Assembly: GCA_964016885.1 (NCBI GenBank) | Contig: OZ024741.1 | Span: 278,690,001 to 278,754,000, forward strand | Length of the DNA: 64,000 nucleotides | From: Eledone cirrhosa | Taxonomy: Eukaryota | Direction: 5' to 3' | The notes under the pieces: model-generated | The model's input: the letters and a program-made list of their open reading frames with translations, nothing else | The model's database searches: none | Told to the model about the DNA's origin: nothing | Program-made: the position numbers and the translations under genes | In this document: in pieces, positions 39,045-53,463 of the stretch | Layout of the letters: each line of letters starts with the position of its first letter | How positions within the stretch are numbered: position 1 is the first letter of the stretch

Positions 39045-40229
39045 GATGAATATAAGTCAATAGCGTGCTCAACCGAGGGAGCCAAATAGTAATAATAATA
39101 AATTTAAGACTAAAATCCAAAGAGGGCTCGATAAGGATAAATATATATCAAATATATAAGAACCGTAGAGCAAATATTTATTAAAATAACAGATTAAAGT
39201 TTAAGCAAAGAATCGCTGCTATCACCCTTAACGGGATCTTCTGAAACTAACAAAGTCAATCTATGAACGCAGAAGTGAATATTTCAAAAAAAGTTGCAAC
39301 CGGAGGAAGACAGGAAGACGATACTTTGGTTCGTGGAAACGTTCCCTGCCAAAGAATGGGAAAAAACGAATAAAATAGATCATTATTTGGAGCGGTGAAA
39401 AACAATTACACGCAAAGACAAAACCACGTTTATGGTATAAAAGAAGTCGTAGACTAATATTCTCTTAGGTGGTTCATAGAGACGTTCTCTGGCAATGAAC
39501 GAAAAAAACGAAGATAATACGTCATATGTGGAGGGTGGAGAACAATTGCACGCAAAGACAAAACCACGTAAATGGTATAACTGAAGTCGGAGACTAACAT
39601 TCTAACTAGGAAACCGAATGATTCTCGGCTTCAGAGTTAAGAATAAAGTAAATCAAATACAGAGGTAATTGAAATTAAATAAATACATACACGCATCCAT
39701 ATACGTACATACACAAGCATACGCGAAAACAATCGCCATAGGTATACAAATACACGCACATATAAATATGTGCGTGTGAGTGTGTGCGTGTATACAAATA
39801 ATTAAATAAACGTATATAAATAAATAAATACGAAAATAACAAGCGCAACACATACCTACATGTAAATACACATATGTTCGGAGGCGTACGTCAACCAAAA
39901 CACGAAGTACGAAGTACACATATACACACACTCTACATACGTACGAGCCCGCATACTCACACAGACGCAAAACTCACGTATACACATAACCAAAAGCATA
40001 TGTACCAGAATATATAAAAATATACGCCATAACATATACAATCAGATATACGTACGAGAAAGTATACGTACCTTCACAAAACATACAGGTAATATATACT
40101 TACCTATGCAAATAAGTAATGGTATAAACATAACATATACTTAGCTACCACATCAAGACGTAAAATATCCGCGTATAGATCGTACTATCCGTTAGGGTAT
40201 AATGTGGGGCTGTAATACAGGAAAGTTTT

Positions 40230-40992
40230 GTGCAATTTATGTTTACAAGCCGAAATTGCCTCAGATTTTTTGTTTAAGATGTGGTCTGTGGCGTAGAGTA
40301 TTTCGATGCCTCAGCGGCGCAGAGGTCACATGGTCTTTTATTTCCGTAATCGATGTAGCCCTAGCTAGGATCTCCCAGTGTAACTTATATTGGGTGTGGT
40401 TGTCTTTTAGACTCCAGATATAAGCTGAAAGTGACGTCATATTCCTTCTTAGAGGGTAACGAAAAGAATGGGTATGCATGTAAAGACGCTGCTTGAATCT
40501 ATTGGCGGCTAATCCTATGTAGGCCCTACGGGACGTGGGTGTTTCAACCTTACATTTGTAGACAATGTTACTAGAGAGGCATTTCCCGGATAGGGGGCAA
40601 TCAACCCGATTCCTACAATTACAGTTAATACGAACTACGGGGTTGCACGTGTTCCTACGGCTAGGTAGTTTAGCTAAATTTGAAGCTGTGATGTTATGTG
40701 CAAGGTTAGGAGTCGTAGAGTAAGACATTTTAATAGTATTTCTATTAAAAATGTTACTATATTTATGTGTAGGGGGAAAATGCTTCGTAATAAGGGATAG
40801 AAAGATCTTAGCTAATGGTGTGGCCACCTCCATATTATATGGTGGGTTATACCATATAATTCGTCGGGATATATTTCTTCTAGATCTAATCTCGTACTCT
40901 TTATATGCTACTTTATCGACAAATCCACTCCGAGCAAGAGCTTCATTGTAATATGTGGAATGGTCGTTGAAAATATGCTCGTTAGTAGATAG
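40230..40992 (-). pseudogene. C-terminal (endonuclease) part of PLE-3 in the upstream tandem copy
   Basis: ORF 40261-41004 is nearly identical to the C-terminal part of ORF 37005-37841. Confidence 0.9.
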
Positions 40993-41578
40993 TTCAATTT
41001 CCACTGTATTTTATTTACTTTATTCTTAACTCTGAAGCCGAGAATCATTCGGTTTCCTAGTTAGAATTTTAGTCTACGACTTCAGTTATAACATTTACGT
41101 GGTTTTGTCTTTGCGTGCAATTGTTCTCCCCGCTCCACATATGACGCATTATCTTCGTTTTTTCCGTTCATTGCCAGAAAACGTCTCTATGAACCACCTA
41201 AGAGAATATTAGTCTACGACTTCTTTTATACCATAAACGTGGTTTTGTCTTTGCGTGTAAATGTTTTTCACCGCTCCAAATAGTGACGTATTTTATTCGT
41301 TTTTTCCCATTCTTTGCCAGGGAACGTTTCCACGAACCAAAATATCGTCTTCCTGTCTTCCTCCAGTTGCAACGTTTTTTTTAAATATTCACTTCTGCGT
41401 TCACAGATTGACTTTGTTAGTCTCAGAAGATCCCGTTAAGGGTGAAAGCAGCGATTCTTTGCTTAAACTTTAATCTGTTATTTTAATAAATATTTGCTCT
41501 ACGGTTCTTATATATTTGATATATATTTATCCTTATCGAACCCTCATTGGATTTTAGTCTTCAAATTTATTTTTATTA

Positions 41579-41676
<98 letters not shown>

Positions 41677-41758
41677 CTCTACACATCATCGCAGAAGTGA
41701 ACCTAAACATCGAGTGCTCACCCGGGTGAACCTGCACTAACTACTAGTTACACCCCCT

Positions 41759-41839
<81 letters not shown>

Positions 41840-41939
41840 TACATATATACAGATATATTTGCAAGAGATTTCAACATGAATGGACCTGTTATTTTTATCT
41901 AAAGACATTTTACCCAAATCTATCTTATTTCTCATTCTT

Positions 41940-41980
41940 TCTTCTGACGAAGGACTAGCGTCCGAAACGTCCAGACCCTC
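41940..41980 (+). ncRNA. minimal hammerhead-like motif in a solo PLE-type tail (about 41860-42058)
   Basis: CUGACGA a-ggac-uagc-gucc GAAA c guc. Stem I is poorly paired. Confidence 0.6.
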
Positions 41981-42053
41981 TTCCTGCTATATCAAGCGTT
42001 AACCTAACATATCCCTTCCATATAGTGTACCTATTGTGTTATTTATGTTTACC

Positions 42054-42160
<107 letters not shown>

Positions 42161-42174
42161 CATATATATATTTA

Positions 42175-42345
42175 TTATCAACAACATCAATTTACGTCCG
42201 CTTTTCCCTTCTTAGAAGGGTGGGACGGGAACTGATTCTGGCTTGATTTCTACAGCTGGATGCCCTTCCTAATACCAACCTTATTTACAGTGAGTGCTGG
42301 ATGCTTTTTTGGTGTGGCACCTACACGACCACGTTGCAGTGGAAT
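42175..42345 (-). mobile_element. RTE 3' UTR fragment
   Basis: ctggcttgatttctacagctggatgcccttcct is the reverse complement of 26739-26771. Confidence 0.8.
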
Positions 42346-42369
42346 GATATGGACCCCCAGTCCCTATCA

Positions 42370-42500
42370 TCTCATTTCTACAGCTGAGTAAACTGGAACA
42401 ATGTGAAATAAAGTGTTTGCTCAAGTAAACAACACATCACCCGGTCTGAGAATTGAACTCACAACCTTTCGATTGCAAGGCCAATGATCTAACCACGTGC

Positions 42501-42502
<2 letters not shown>
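42370..42502 (-). mobile_element. tRNA-type SINE (family of the 18580 copy)
   Basis: Minus-strand B box gagttcaattc, and homology to 18580-18695. Confidence 0.7.
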
Positions 42503-42554
<52 letters not shown>

Positions 42555-42561
<7 letters not shown>

Positions 42562-43197
42562 GAAACACACAGATACATGCGGACACACACATATATACAT
42601 GAATGCATCCGCACCCAACTGTGAGTTAAGGGTGCCAACTTCACCGATGTTGCTCAATGAATGACTGGGACAGACCAATTCAGTTGAACTAGACTGAACC
42701 AGTATCAGAGTTAAAAATACATTATGAAGAGAGAAGAAACATTTAGATATAATTAGTAATAAAATGTATCATACCTAAACTGCTCCTAAATTCCTCGACT
42801 ACGTAGTTTCGTGGCATAAACAAAAACAATATATCATAAAGATATAGAGTCCTTGCGAGGTCTGCCGACTTATCAAGAGGATACCTCATTTTACTAGTCT
42901 CAAGAACGCGTCTACACGACGTGAGAAAGAATCCCAAAAGGCGGAGGGGGAGATAGTCACGCGATATAACGGTCGATAAACAGAGCTAAGCCTCTTATAA
43001 CCCCGAAGAAAATACCACGGAGGCGGAGGGGGTATTTATATCGAGGCCGTAGAAGAGGTGGTGAAGAAGGCGAGAAGTATGAGTAATGGAAGCTTTCCAG
43101 CTGTCCCCACACTTCAAAGATTGCTCGACCAGAGGGAGTTATTAACAATATATTTAGAAACACACAGATACATGCGGACACACACTCTCTCTTCATA

Positions 43198-43203
<6 letters not shown>
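42555..43203. mobile_element. non-coding TA-flanked element with 595-bp period and a short inverted end
   Basis: agaaacacacagatacatgcggacacacac occurs at 42561 and 43156. 43187-43202 inverts 42718-42735. Confidence 0.55.
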
Positions 43204-43282
<79 letters not shown>

Positions 43283-43288
<6 letters not shown>

Positions 43289-44303
43289 ATTATGAAGTTC
43301 TCTGTAGTAAAGTACTAATTATAGGTTAACTAAATTTAAAAAAACTAATTATAATAATATGTAAAATATAAGTGTAAGGTGTATATTAATTAGGTTTATA
43401 ATATTTGAAAGTTATTCTAATTCTATGATTGCAAGATATAATTAATTATTGTCGCTTATTTAATAGGATATCCTTAGATTTCATTATTTTGTGCCTAAAA
43501 GTAGAAACAATTATTTCAAAAAGTTCCTGGGAGCATAATCTACACTCATATCTGTTATTTTGATAAGGGGTGGCCCTTTTGAGCACACTCCAGGTCAGGT
43601 TGTAATCGATATTCTTTTTTCTATAATTATTAATTGTTTCAGCCAAGGATGTTGTATTAGCTAATGCTGCATTTTTAAAACTATGTTTGTGGGTATTAAA
43701 TCTTACTTTAAATTGGTTAGACGTAGCTCCTATATATGAATAAGTTGAGTCCTTAGTGCTAATTTTACATTTATATACTATGTTATTAATAAGACAATTT
43801 CCCTTTAATGGGCAATTTCTTTTGTTTCTACGGTTACAACCATTCGTGAATATTATATCAGGGGAGTTAGTCAAATTTGGTGTGGAATTTACTCGACTTG
43901 TTATATGTGAAGGAGATAGTGGTTTGTTGCGGTTTATTTTAGTATTATGGTTGGTTTGATGTGTTGGTGGTATATTCGTGTTTTTTTTACATTTATATGC
44001 GTTGTACGCACTTATATTTTGTTGTATATTTTTGGTAGTGGAATAGGAAAATTTGACAGTTGATCTATTTAAAATTTGATAGTATTTATAGTTTGGCGGG
44101 AAGTTTTTCTCTAGGATAGTAAAAACATTTTTAGGGATATTATCTTTAATTTGTAGATTAAATGGAGCATTATACCAAGTAACTCGTCTATTACGGTTTC
44201 GATGTTGTTTTTTATATTTATACGATGTATAAGGATGTTTACTAAGAGAGTTAGTATTAGTGAATTTATTATATATAGGTTTAGTTAGATTAACAGATTT
44301 AGG
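43283..44303 (-). mobile_element. internal fragment of PLE-5 between two TA tracts
   Basis: Near-identical reverse complement of about 45357-46374, containing GIY-YIG ORF 43446-43874. Confidence 0.9.
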
Positions 44304-44305
44304 TG

Positions 44306-44370
<65 letters not shown>

Positions 44371-44374
<4 letters not shown>

Positions 44375-47271
44375 TAAAAACAAGTTCCTTATATTAATAA
44401 ATTCATTTTACGATCATTTCTAGGATATATATGTCTGTTGGTATGTATATCATATAGATCTATGTAAAAATATTACAAACTATCAGAGGAAATATACATA
44501 CCTTCACATATATATGCTGTCTTCAGAAATAATGAGATTTGTTTATTGAAAAAAACAACGAAGATTTAATATAATAGGTCTGTTTGGAATTTCAGAAGGA
44601 ATACTGGACCAGAAATACATATAGTAATCTATTCGACATTACTATGGGCTCTAGTGATTCTGCCCAAATTACCGATCTTGTGGGCCTCTTTCTTCTATTT
44701 AACAAAAATTCTTCTTTTACCCACACCTTAAAGGTGGTTTATATCGTGATGACTGTCTTCTTCTTTCCACTAATCTTAGCCCATCAGAAATTGAAAAAAA
44801 TAAAAAACTTATTAGAACTTTCCTCAAAGACTATTATAATCTCACAATTACATTTAAAGATACCAGTAAAATAGTTAATTTACTAGATATAACTTTAGAC
44901 TTATCTACGGGTATCTACCAACCTTACCATAAACCTAACCAAAACTTACATTACATACACTCACAATCCAATCACCCTAGATCTATCCTTAAAAACCTAG
45001 CATATAATATCTCACTCAGAATTTCTAACCTTTCATCTAACCAGGATGTATTCGATAAAAATGCGCCCTTTTATAACGAAGCTTTAGCTAGAAGCGGCCA
45101 CAAAAACAAATTAGGCTATATACCTTGCACCAATAATACTTCAAACATACAACCCAATGTTACCAACAAACACCAAATGAAAAACACACACCTAAACGCC
45201 ACTCACACAACACCCCAAAATACCAACCTAAAACTTAATTTCTCTACCTCTTCTCACATAAAATATAATAACTTTCAAAAAACCATTCATCCTAATACTC
45301 CAATATACGTTAATAACATTACTAACAAAATTCCTAATAATCAGACTAAAACAGCTAAATCTGTTAATCTAACTAAACCTATATATAATAAATTCACTAA
45401 TACTAACTCTCTTAGTAAACATCCTTATACATCGTATAAATATAAAAAACAACATCGAAACCGTTATAGACGAGTTACTTGGTATAATGCTCCATTTAAT
45501 CTACAAATTAAAGATAATATCCCTAAAAATGTTTTTACTATCCTAGAGAAAAACTTCCCGCCAAACTATAAATACTATCAAATTTTAAATAGATCAACTG
45601 TCAAATTTTCCTATTCCACTACCAAAAATATACAACAAAATATAAGTGCGTACAACGCATATAAATGTAAAAAAAATACGAATATACCACCAACACATCA
45701 AACCAACCATAATACTAAAATAAACCGCAACAAACCACTATCTCCTTCACATATAACAAGTCGAGTAAATTCCACACCAAATTTGACTAACTCCCCTGAT
45801 ATAATATTCACGAATGGTTGTAACCGTAGAAACAAAAGAAATTGCCCATTAAAGGGAAATTGTCTTATTAATAACATAGTATATAAATGTAAAATTAGCA
45901 CTAAGGACTCCACTTATTCATATATAGGAGCTACGTCTAACCAATTTAAAGTAAGATTTAATACCCACAAACATAGTTTTAAAAATGCAGCATTAGCTAA
46001 TACAACATCCTTGGCTGAAACAATTAATAATTATAGAAAAAAGAATATCGATTACAACCTGACCTGGAGTGTGCTCAAAAGGGCCACCCCTTATCAAAAT
46101 AACAGATATGAGTGTAGATTATGCTCCCAGGAACTTTTTGAAATAATTGTTTCTACTTTTAGGCACAAAATAATGAAATCTAAGGATATCCTATTAAATA
46201 AGCGACAATAATTAATTATATCTTGCAATCATAGAATTAGAATAACTTTCAAATATTATAAACCTAATTAATATACACCTTACACTTATATTTTACATAT
46301 TATTATAATTAGTTTTTTTAAATTTAGTTAACCTATAATTAGTACTTTACTACAGAGAACTTCATAATTTTATTTCCCTCTTACAGCTCTCTTTTCCTAA
46401 AATTAATACCTAAAAGTATACATATAAATTAATTAAATTTCCTGTTATGAATCTAGATTCCTTGTAGTCTATATAAGATTGGTATTTATCACTACTACAC
46501 TTATCCCAAAATTTTATTTTCCTTCGTTTTTTACAACATTCTTTAATAACATCTAATTCTTATTTATCACATCCATATGAATTAATATAAATTTATCCCT
46601 ATAAGTATACCTATCAATTAAGTTAATTTCTTTTTATAGATCTAAATTCCTTGTGTTTTAAATAAGATTGGTATTTCTCACTAATACATTTACCCTAAAA
46701 TTTTACTCTCCTTCGTTTTTAACATTATTCTTTAATAACATCAAATGTTCGTGTACCCTTCACCGGCTTGACCTCTTTTCATCCCCAAAGTATTCTTTCC
46801 ATTCAAAACATAAGTCTGCATTCCTCTACCCCTAAATTAAATTTCTACTACTACTATTCTATCAACTTGACCTCTTCCTACTTTTCCATTGGTCAATTCA
46901 AAACCTGTTCCCAAACAAACCTATTATATTAAATCTTTGTTGGTTTTTTTCAATAAACAAATCTCATTATTTCTGAAGACAGCATATATATATGTGAAGG
47001 TATGTATATTTCCTCTGATAGTTTGTAATATTTTTACATAGATTTATATGATATACATACCAACACACATATATATCCTAGAAACGATCGTAAAATGATG
47101 AAGTTTTTAATATAAGGAACTTGTTCTTTGTTTTTATTAATTTATCTTGACTCTGTTTTCCTGTGATATTCATCGAAAATTTTTCAATGCATCTTCTCTT
47201 TTCATGATATTTGGATTACATTGATTTCTTCATACGGATTGGACACAACCGTATATTTTGGTAGATTTATT

Positions 47272-47275
<4 letters not shown>
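44371..47275 (+). mobile_element. PLE-5 (Naiad-type), 5'-truncated, with an inverted 3' tail at the left end
   Basis: FDITMGSSDSAQITDLVG, WYNAPF, CPLKGNC, YIGAT, CRLC. 44371-44560 inverts about 46945-47140. (TA)n on both sides. Confidence 0.9.
46965..47100 (+). ncRNA. type I hammerhead ribozyme with about 100-nt stem II domain
   Basis: cauuauuu CUGAAGA [long hairpin] GAAA cgaucg UA aaaugaug: 8-bp stem I and palindromic stem III. An inverted copy lies at about 44403-44536. Confidence 0.75.
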
Positions 47276-47329
<54 letters not shown>

Positions 47330-47333
<4 letters not shown>

Positions 47334-47790
47334 TAAATTTAGTCCTTCATCAGTGATCTTCCAACCTTCATTGGTATTTCATCGCTTTAAATACCTAGGG
47401 TTGGTGCGAGCAACGGCTAAAGAAAGTCGTTGGGACACGTAAATCGGGGGAACGAGCGAGACAGTAAACAATCAAAGATGCAACGAAAAGTGAGGAAGAA
47501 GGAGTCAAGTCCCTGAAATCGATGAACATAAGTTCTGTGAAATCGTGGACGAGAGAATAAAGACCATCAAACCTGGTCGAAATGTGAGTAAGGAAAGAAT
47601 TTCGAACAGGTCAAACGGGAGGAAGAAGGAGTCAAGTCCCTGAAATCGATGAACATAAGTTCTGTGAAATGGTAGACGAGAGAGTATAAAGACCATCCGA
47701 CCTGGTGAAAGTGTGCGTGAGGAAAGAATCTTGCACAGGTCAAACGGGAGGAAGTAGGAGAGGTAGTAGCGGAGTGTGATTGAGTGAAAG
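47330..47790 (-). mobile_element. TA-flanked PLE-type tail with 127-bp tandem units and a truncated HHR core
   Basis: gaggaagaaggagtcaagtccctg at 47492 and 47619. Minus-strand CTGATGAaggac near 47342-47353 runs into (TA)n. Confidence 0.5.
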
Positions 47791-47829
47791 TATATATATA
47801 TACATGTATATACATATATATATATGAAT

Positions 47830-48080
47830 GTATATATAGTGTACTTTGCAATGCACTGTATGCTTAATTAAAAGCATTTTGAAGACCTTACGCTATTGTT
47901 TCAAAATAGTGACTATATCACTTACTTCTTTTTTCAACAAACAAAGGGAGATAAGCTGACAGACCTCTGTTTCATAATGTTGGTATTCCTCAGAGCTTAG
48001 CTGCTTTAGAACAATAGCGTAAGGTCTTCAAAATGCTTTTAATTAAGCATACAGTGTATTGCCAAATACACTATATATAC
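47830..48080. mobile_element. small palindromic element, probably two PLE-type tails
   Basis: About 70-bp inverted arms (gcttaattaaaagcattttgaagaccttacgctattgtt). Minus strand has CTGAGGA...GAAAcaatagcgTA. Confidence 0.6.
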
Positions 48081-48162
48081 ATTCATATATATATATATAT
48101 ATACATATATATATGAAATACGTAAAATAAGAAAATTATAATACTTAACTTACTTAAGTTTC

Positions 48163-48240
48163 ACTCCAACTAATTAGTTTCTGAAAGGGGATATACATAG
48201 TGTTCAAAACCATGGAGAATTCCTTTCATCATCAGGGAGT
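48163..48240 (-). ncRNA. canonical type I hammerhead ribozyme in a solo element of about 275 bp (48116-48392)
   Basis: acucc CUGAUGA ugaaagg-loop-ccuuuca GAAA cuaauuag UU ggagu: perfect stems I and II and a palindromic stem III. Confidence 0.88.
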
Positions 48241-48391
48241 CAATTCTCTGCTAAGATCCCTGGCGATAAGCGGACACAGGGATCTCAAACAAAAATAATT
48301 CGGTGAATGGAAAAGAAGCAAGCGCGGATTAAATTTCAAGACACTGAAAATGTCACTACCTTCCCTACCTTCACTACCTCTCCTACTTTCC

Positions 48392-48788
<397 letters not shown>

Positions 48789-49059
48789 TTAATAAATGAA
48801 ACAAAGAAAACACAAGAGGTAATTTTACACAGTTATAATAGGTTCAGGCTCATATATACAAACAAGTGTATAGATGGAAAAAATATCTTTTAAATCATAT
48901 TTATTTCTTTACACATGTAAAATTGATCCTCACACTGGTATAGAGATCATGTCAAAGCAATCTCACTAATCCAGAACCATGTCTCTGGCATTCTAACACG
49001 GCTATTGAGATAACTGTGGCATGATCACAGCTTAAAATATTCATAGAGAGACTTATATA

Positions 49060-49180
49060 TGTTTATTTATCGACCTTGAAATGATGAAAGGCAAATGTGA
49101 TCTTGGCATGATTTGAACTCAGATTACAGTAAGCAGGAACATATAGCGAGGTATTTGTAGTCTAACACCCTAATAACTTT
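49060..49180 (-). mobile_element. SINE copy
   Basis: tttatcgacc...gatgaaaggcaaa...gatttgaactcag, the family of 55520. Confidence 0.75.
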
Positions 49181-49715
49181 CTTATTTTGACGCCTTGATG
49201 AGCTAAATGATGAGTTAAACAAATAAAAACAACGAAAAGACTTGGAAGTATATGTATTTTACACTTAATTATTTGTTAATGGATGATGAAGGTTGTAATG
49301 AATTATTAAATGATTTGAAAAATGGAATTTCTAGTTGTGGAACTCCTGTGGGGTTTACCATTTCGAGGAAGTTAAACATTTAATGCTTAATTTTATACGA
49401 ACTGCATCAAAAATATGTTTGTAGTTGCATGCATATGTGTGTGTTTGCATGCATGTGTGAGTGTGCACGTGTGTGCATATATGTATGTGTGTGTTTGTGT
49501 GTACATATTTGTGTGTGTGTGTACTGGCATTTATCCTTGCATGTATGCTGTATATTTCTTTCACTATATTAACTCCCGAACCCTTCTGTCTTTATATATA
49601 CGCACACATGCACAGATACATATATACATACATATATATTATCATCAACATCTTTTTGTATCCTCTTTTTCAAATATATATACACACACATTTACATGCA
49701 CACACATATATATAT

Positions 49716-49827
49716 AATTGTTTCTACCTTTTGGCACAAGGCCAGCAATTACCCAGTGCATTACTGGTACTTTATTTTATCGACCCCGTAAAGATGAAAG
49801 GCAAAGTTAACCTCGGCGGGATTTGAC
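49716..49827 (-). mobile_element. SINE 3' portion
   Basis: Reverse complement closely matches 55597-55706. Confidence 0.85.
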
Positions 49828-50014
49828 ACACACATATATATATAATAGAGGTGAATATGAAACAATATATGATATGTTTATGTATAATAAACATATCATA
49901 TATAACTTCATATATATCTCTATTATGAATCACTCTGTTAGTGTTAATACTAAATATCCAGATATATATGTATATATACATATATAGCTAGAAACACACA
50001 CACATACATATGTG

Positions 50015-50111
<97 letters not shown>

Positions 50112-50159
50112 GATATTAATAAATGGAAACTATATTTATAAATAAAACCATATTTATTT

Positions 50160-50220
50160 CATTATACATATTTCAGGGATACCAAATTAAATTATGGTAT
50201 GCCTTCATCAGACAAAATAC
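50160..50220 (-). ncRNA. hammerhead-like motif in the PLE-4 pLTR (copies near 53650-53710 minus, and 54245-54300 plus with a mutated core)
   Basis: CUGAUGA aggcauacca-loop-ugguaucccu GAAA uaug UA. Stem I is weak. Confidence 0.6.
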
Positions 50221-51234
50221 AATATATAAAAGTTTTACAAATAAGCTTTGACGTACCCTATTAAAATGCAACCATTGTTTTTGAAAGTCATCCGGATAGT
50301 GAATTGTTTATATAACTTTAATAAGTCATAGTGTTAAGGACAATTAGAAAAAGACGGAGAGAAAGAAAAAGACGGAGAGAAAGAAAAAACGTGGAGAAAT
50401 ATCGGAGAGAGAGATGCATGGAGAAAAAAAAGAAAGAGATAAGTAAAAACAGGAGGAAAAGGAAGGCATCGCTCATGTATACATACAGACATATATTATA
50501 CAATCATAAAAAACCTATAACACTTTTATATGCATGTTAATACACACATATACTTTTGTATAGAGATAATCAAATATCAATATATTACTAATGATTATAT
50601 TTTGGAAATATAATTATACCAATATAAATTTAATATACCAAAGGATTATATTTTGGAAATACAACTATATTAGTATAGTCAAAAGGACAAACGAATTCTA
50701 GAAATGTCAAAGCATTAAATATCTTTAAAACACTATAGAGTATCTTAAGTTAAAATAATATGTTTCATATATTTAGTATAGAAAATTATCCTACTTATAT
50801 TTCAATCAAGATATTGAAAGGGTAGACTTATGAGAATTATGAGAAGCTATCAGAATCAAAGCAAAACTAATAAAAATAAATAAAAATAAAATTAAATAAA
50901 AGTTAAATAAATATTATATCAATATAATTTAAAAATTTAAAAATTTAAAGATCTAAAAATTTCAAAAAATTTCAAAAAGAATTAAAAAAATTTTCAAAAT
51001 TCAACAAATTTAAAAGATTTAAAAAAACCAAGGATTCTACAGATATCCTTATATTTAGTATAGAAATTTATCCTACGTATATTTTATTTAAGATATTGTA
51101 AGTGTAGACATTTTAAAGTAGTTTATTATATCTATGTTTATATTTAGGAAGAAAGTTTAAAAAGAAAAAGGTGAAGGAATCTAATGATTTATCGACAGGT
51201 TTTATATATTAACTAAATTACTTAATTAATTATA

Positions 51235-53463
51235 CTACATTTTAAATTTATATTTATATTTAAACGTTGAGTTCAATCTATGTCTGCAGCAACTGAATAA
51301 ATTGTTCCTTAAATTAAGGGAATTTTTGGACTTTAATATAAAGAATATTTCTTCAATACAAAGATCACAATTTTCTGAAGAGGAATTAAAAGGAGTAGCT
51401 TGTGAAATAATATTCCAAGTCATCGAATATTTAACATTATCTCGTTTTAGGTCCCATAGTAGGCTAGATAGCGAAGTTGAAGATTTTTTGTTTGGATCTG
51501 TGAAAGAATTTTTATGATTATTGAAGCGAAATTTAAATTCAGTCGAGGTAGAACCAACGTAGTTAAACGAATTTAAATTAGTTTTAACATTACAATTGTA
51601 CACTACATTTTTAGCTAAGCAGTTGTTATTTAACGGACAGTTAGGTTTATTTCTACAGTTACAGTTATTCAATTGAATATTGCTTGGGTTATTATTGGTA
51701 TTTTGGTTAGGTTTTAAATTTCTATTATTAATTCTATTAATATTTTGTGCTAAATTTTTGGTGGACGAGTAAGTTAATTTTATAGTGTGTCTATTAAAAA
51801 TTGAGTAATATTTATGTGTTCTAGGGAAGCGTTTGTCAAGAGCTTTAAAGAATAGTTTAGCAATAGGGGTTTTAATATTTAGTGAGAATGGGGGAGCAAA
51901 CCATAATATGTTTCTAGTTCTATTTCTTTTTCGGCTTTTGGAATTATTGTAATGTTTTCTATTTAAGTTGCTAAAGTTGTTACCATAATTAAAATTGTTA
52001 TTATTTTGGTTAGTTTGCTTATTATTATTATTATCAATGTATTTAATTTCATTTCTATATCCAGCTCTACCTAACGCTTCGTTGTAATACTGCGCTTTTT
52101 CATCAAATATATTTTTATTAGATGAAATTCTTGAAATTCTTTCTTGAATAGAGTTCACTATAGTATTTTTAACAGATCTGGGGTGATTAGAGTTAAAATT
52201 AACATAATTCAAGTTCTCATTTAGTTTGTGAAATGGATAATGAAGACATGTGTTGAGATTTAGTGTTACGTCAAGAAAATTGACTATTTTATGGTTATTC
52301 TCTATTTCTACTTTTAGATTATGGTAATTAAAAAATTGTATAATTTGTTTTCTTTTCCTATTTAGTTCACAGCTATTATTTTGTATAAGTAAAAGCATGT
52401 CATCACGATATAAGCCTCCGGTTACACCTGGTATTTTTCTATGTAGCGAATTAATTATAAATAGGCCCACAAGGTCCGTTTCCTGAGCTGAGTCTGATGA
52501 TCCCATAGTTATGTCGAAATTATTATTTCTATCTGCCCTAGTCCAGAGTTGGTTATTAAATTCTATCAATGTTTTCCTTGCCGATAATATAATGTGCATT
52601 TCATTGCTAGTTAGGTCAGTATGTTTAAATGCATAATTTAGTGCCTTATTCAGTAGATTAGGAGTGATAGATGAGTAGTAGTTAGCAATATCCAGCTGAA
52701 TAAACTTATTATTATAGTTATATTTAATTTCTTTAAACCAATCGATAACCTCACTAGTCCCTTTTCATAATTTTAAGTAAGATAAATTAGGTAAGTTTTT
52801 AATTTGTTGTATTACCCTGTCTAGAATATTTTTGCTAAGTTTGCCCAGGTCAGATTTAGATGGTGCAATTAATCTGACTGGTAAATCATTTTCAAAGTTT
52901 CTTTTGTGATCCTTCATATTGATCTTAGGTTTCCTAGGCATGAAGGGTTGTGTTTTATTCTCAATGTCTAATTCATGCATTATACAAGATGCATCTGTAT
53001 TCAGTTTTTCAAGTTCGTCCTTATTTGCTACCTTGTACTTTTTCCTTAGTTCTTTCAATATAAGGTCGTTATAAATGTCCTTTTGTATTCCATAAAGATT
53101 ATTAGTTTTGTCCGACTTCACTAGAATTTTCTCTGTTTTCTCCAAGTTTTCAATATTATCCTTAATACTCCTTAGGTAATCCTGGCCTTTGAAGTTTTTT
53201 TGGAATTTGATGCCTTGGATGATAGATACGATATCATTTTCAAAATCTATTAGTAGTTTGTTGGGAGGTGGATTTTTTTTAGATTTGAAAATTTTATCCA
53301 GATTTGAAACATTTTCATTTAGATTAGATTTATCAAAGTGGAAAGCACGCCACCTGATTCTTCTTATAAAAGAGTCTGATTTTTCTATTAATTGTTTAAT
53401 AAAATCTTTGTTCCTAGGTAGAGGTATGTCTTTTAGAGAAGAAGAGATCTTAAAGAATTCCAT
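51235..53463 (-). pseudogene. Naiad-type RT + GIY-YIG ORF (743 codons including the terminal stop) with one in-frame TGA
   Basis: ORFs 52765-53463 and 51235-52599 are in frame, 55 open codons apart. Motifs SLKDIP, FIRRIRWRA, KDHK, LDIANYYSSI, GLYRDD, WFAPPF, CNCRNKPNCPL, YVGST, CDLC, CRH. Confidence 0.93.

Noticed and set aside
52765-52767. In-frame TGA as selenocysteine (some Naiads encode selenoproteins)
   Set aside because: It aligns with Trp (LWNNSFAVIDWF in PLE-3), not Cys, and the conserved Cys positions use normal codons.
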